Source: Trichosphaerium sp. ATCC 40318
Lineage: Eukaryota > Protista > Tubulinea
DNA length: 64,000 bases
Direction: 5' to 3'
Assembly (NCBI GenBank): GCA_038496445.1
Contig: JALMLS010000334.1
Coordinates: 186,001 to 250,000, forward strand
Both the position numbers and the translations under genes were made by a program. Shown here one piece after another: positions 60,701-64,000 of this stretch (its first letter is position 1; every line of letters begins with the position of its first letter). The notes below the pieces were generated by a model. The model was not told the origin of the DNA, searched no databases, and was given only the letters and a program-made list of their open reading frames with translations.

Positions 60701-63700
60701 CAAACTGATAAGTCGTTTGTAAGCTACGATGAAGTAGTAAAAGCGTTTATTAGTGGTAAAACTACAGTTGAGAGTGGCGTCGTTCCTCTTCAAATCCACC
60801 AACTTGCCCCAGACGTATGTTTTTCAGCATTGCCTATCATCGATGGTATTGCCACTGGGCGAAAACTTGGTGAGGGTGGATTCGCTATTGTGTATAAAGG
60901 CATGTGGGAAGGCCACGAGGTAGCTATTAAAAAGATCAAGCGAAAAGGATCAGGCTCTGGGAGCACCTTAGAGGAGTTCAAGTCCTTTTCTCACGAGGTT
61001 TACTTAATGAGGTATGACTATCCCATTCCTGTGTTGTGCAGCTATACTAACACGTAATGTAGTAAAATGAAGCACGAAAACTTGGTCAGACTCTACGGCG
61101 TAACCTTAAATCCGTTGTGCATGATACAGGTAATTACTTTGTCATCATAATCCAATTTTGTATTGATTCTTTCCTCAAGGAGTTTGTTCACAACGGATCG
61201 TTGGATCATCACCTACATAACAGCAAACTATCTGATGATGATTTCTCATGGAGACTTCGTAAGAAGATAGCCTTTGATATGGCTAAGGGTCTTCGATATC
61301 TACAAAACTTACATCCACCAGTACGTTGAATCAACCTAACATCAAATTTATTTGATTGTCCTAACACGTGATCTTCAAGGTCATTCATAGGGATCTCCGA
61401 AGCCCAAATATATTTGTATGCACTTAATCTCTATTCTATTTTTTCATTGACAGCGCTTTTTCTTTAGATAGAATCATTGTCTCTTGATGCACCTGTCAAC
61501 GCAAAAGTTGGAGATTTTGGTCTGTCACAGCAAGCTCATCCTGCGCTAAGCGAGATTTTGAGTACATGGCAATGGCTAGCTCCTGAAGTTTTCGATAGTC
61601 ATTCTCGTCAATACAACGAAGCGAGCGACTTGTACTCCTACGGCGTAGTTTGTTGGGAATTGGCTTCCAGATCATTCCCTTTCACTGAGTTTTCACAATT
61701 TCTGTCAGTGAGGGAAGAGACGTTATCTGCTGAACAACTTTCTGATCCTGCTCTTGTTGATCAACTTAAGCTACAAGGATGGGAGATTGATGGTAACAAG
61801 GCCGTGTTACAAGGTAACCTCTTATTTATTTCGAAAAGATTGAAAAGATCTTTTTTGTTGTGAATCGTGTTTGCTGATATTAATAATCTCAGAGTTCAAA
61901 CAACAAAACGTGAAACGTGCTATTATTTCTGAAGATTTAAGACCTACAATACCCAAAGACACGCCAGGGTTTTTTAAAGATATTATACGCCAATGGCACG
62001 TGGCTTTAACAAAACAATAATTCCATTACTACAACGTCTAACAACCTCTCTACAGCTGGACCAAGCGACCACAGAGTAGACCAAAACCAGATGAAGTTGT
62101 AGAAATATTAGCTAAGGAGCTTGGTATATCAGCAGCGGATAGACGTAAATCTCAAAATGGTGGCCTATCTCGCGTGATACAGACGAAAAAAAGTATGTAC
62201 TGCCATTCTTGTATTAGTTGTACTCATTCACTTTGTTATAGCCAATACACAGCTGTTGTCACGATGTGCTGTGTTAACTCCAACTTCCCGCGTTAGTAGT
62301 TGTGTTTTCCTCGAGCGCACAGAGCAACTATGGTAAGTGAAGCCTTTTTTGAGTTGTTCTTCCCTTACATGATTTTGTTTCAGGCTGGGTTGCGATGACG
62401 GTAGAGTGTATATAATGGACACGAAGCATGGATCTACTAAAACAACGCTCTCTGGGCACAAATGTCCAGTGACTAAACTCAAATCAGCCGGCGCTACAAT
62501 TTGGAGTGCTGATGAATCTGGGACATTAATCTTGTGGGACGGCTATGTAAGTAAAAATTTTCCTTGTAGTGTTTGCTTTCCCTGACAAAATGAACCCTTT
62601 AGAACCATCACATGAAAAACACGTACTGTATACACGAAGCAGCAATTACGGATTTCTTTTTCACAACAGACCCTCAAGGCAAGCGCCACCTTTGGAGTTC
62701 GGATACTCAAGGTGTCCTGATTATTACAAAGTTGTTAGATGTAAGTTTCTTTTTAAACTCTCAGAGACCAGTTTTACATCCATTAACCAAACTCTAAGAA
62801 ATCCTCCCACGAGCGAGTGAATTGCCTGAAATTCAGAAAGAGTATTGCTGCTATGGTCATACAGGAGAAAAACGTACACTGTGGTTTTTTTTTGTTGACA
62901 GTTTTGTTTATTTCTTTTTAGTTGTGGGTTGCATCACACAAAGATATCTTTGTCTATGACTGTGAGAGTCTTAGAGAAGCATCGTCTTTCCGACCATTTC
63001 CTTCAGGGCCTGTAACAAGTATCATTTCTGTAGGCCAGTACATTTGGGTTGGTGGCGCAACAATCAAGATTTATGATGCAATGGCCAAGCTTGTGAGGAC
63101 TCTGGACGGACATGGCGGTCCAGTCTCATACATGCATAAAGTAGTCGTAAACGGCGGGCGTGTAACTGTATGGACAGGGTCAGAGGATAGCACCATACTC
63201 GTATGGGACGCAGGCGTACGTACCAACCTACAAAAAGATTTTATTTTATTGTAAAATGGGTTACACCAAAACTAAAATTTCATCTAGAACTACGAATGTT
63301 TACAACTCCTGAACAAACACAACGATAAGATAACTTGTATCGATAACGGTGGCAGGCACGTGTTTATAAAAATAAGTAATAATTTTTGCTTACCATACTT
63401 AAAGTGCATCTCGTGTGGCTTCTGTTAGTTGGAAGGATCTAGCAGTGTCTATTTGGGAGTACAACCAAGCGGTGGTCAACACTTTGCGAAAGCCAAGCAC
63501 AGAAGTTGTACACGATAACAGTGCGTATTCATTCACCTGGTTTAGTATTTAACACGTGTCTATAGAATTACGAGAATTCACACCACCATCATCCAAGGTC
63601 TCCAGTATATCTCGTATACAGGCAAAGGGTAAAGAAATAAGAGAAACAATTGTTACTGGAATCAGTAAGACCAAGCAAAGTGCTCCAAGTGCGTTAGATA

Positions 63701-64000
63701 AAAAGTGTTTGTACGCTTGTTTTTCGCTGATTTAAAACAACAGAATCGCCAACGTCTCCTACTCCAGAGACTCGCATGGCCTTTACCGAAGAAGATCCAC
63801 TACGTGCAAGCAAGGAAGAAATGAGAAACGAGTTGAAGAGCGTCTTGCTGGCATCGAACAATAGTGCAAGTAACAGTTGGCACGCTTCGCCAAACGGCAG
63901 GAAGCATTCAAGGAATATATTCCCAAAACGTGATGAAGAGGAGAGTTCAGGCTCAAAACAAGGATTCACAAAGAATTATTTCAGTCGCAAAAATAATAAC
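54773..64000 (+). CDS. Roco-family kinase: TPR - RI-like LRR - LRR - Roc - COR - kinase - WD40 (runs off the right edge)
   Basis: TPRs (AQRGNIYRHSGKYNKALKDLNKAV), LRRs (LSLCENNLGDAGVKLLA), Roc GDGNVGKTSL / WDFAGQ..YTTHQFFLS / LVGTHVD, COR (FDPQFL, YKFQFLPFGFTDRLI), kinase LGEGGFAIVYKG / HRDLRSPNIF / DFG / TWQWLAPE, WD40 (VWTGSEDSTILVWD). Confidence 0.93.

Noticed and set aside
1-64000. Alternative genetic code, stop readthrough or pseudogenes suggested by fragmented ORFs
   Set aside because: The breaks I traced in conserved genes are all explained by short GT-AG or GC-AG introns under the standard code.
1-64000. U12-type (minor) introns
   Set aside because: No RTATCCTT donor was found at any traced exon boundary.
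1-64000. Prokaryotic-style systems (CRISPR, operons, IS elements) or a metabolic gene cluster
   Set aside because: There are no repeat-spacer arrays, transposase/RT ORFs or terminal repeats, and neighbouring genes are functionally unrelated and intron-rich.

Overview
Gene-dense, AT-rich (roughly 35-40% GC by eye) eukaryotic nuclear DNA with many short spliceosomal introns (mostly about 35-60 nt, a minority 80-330 nt). The standard genetic code fits throughout. An amoebozoan-type protist is the best inference: the window has a Dictyostelium-style Roco kinase (HRDLRSPNIF / TWQWLAPE), a receptor tyrosine kinase and GTAC-dominated splice donors. By hand-splicing I find about 23 protein-coding genes: sulfatase (partial), NOC4, a MetX-family acyltransferase, a GKRP/MurQ-like protein, an MscS channel, a secreted RTX-repeat protein, PDK, RasGEF, NIT2, a TPR co-chaperone, a Ste20 kinase, a COX4-like protein, a PH-coiled-coil protein, a receptor TK, a WASP-like protein, a PH-PX-EHD-like NTPase, NAD kinase, FAH, a TPR-LRR-Roco kinase (partial) and several orphans. 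CDS coordinates are whole spliced gene spans, not single exons. I saw no tRNA, rRNA, transposon or CRISPR array. Best leads: (1) an unannotated, strand-specific, highly structured ~190-nt RNA candidate ending in a T9 run (18492-18692, minus), with a second hairpin-rich tract nearby; (2) strong window-wide enrichment of CACGTG, mostly in introns and intergenic DNA next to poly(dA:dT); (3) a GKRP-architecture protein that keeps both MurQ catalytic motifs; (4) an intron-containing secreted protein with bacterial-type RTX repeats; (5) several unusual domain fusions.
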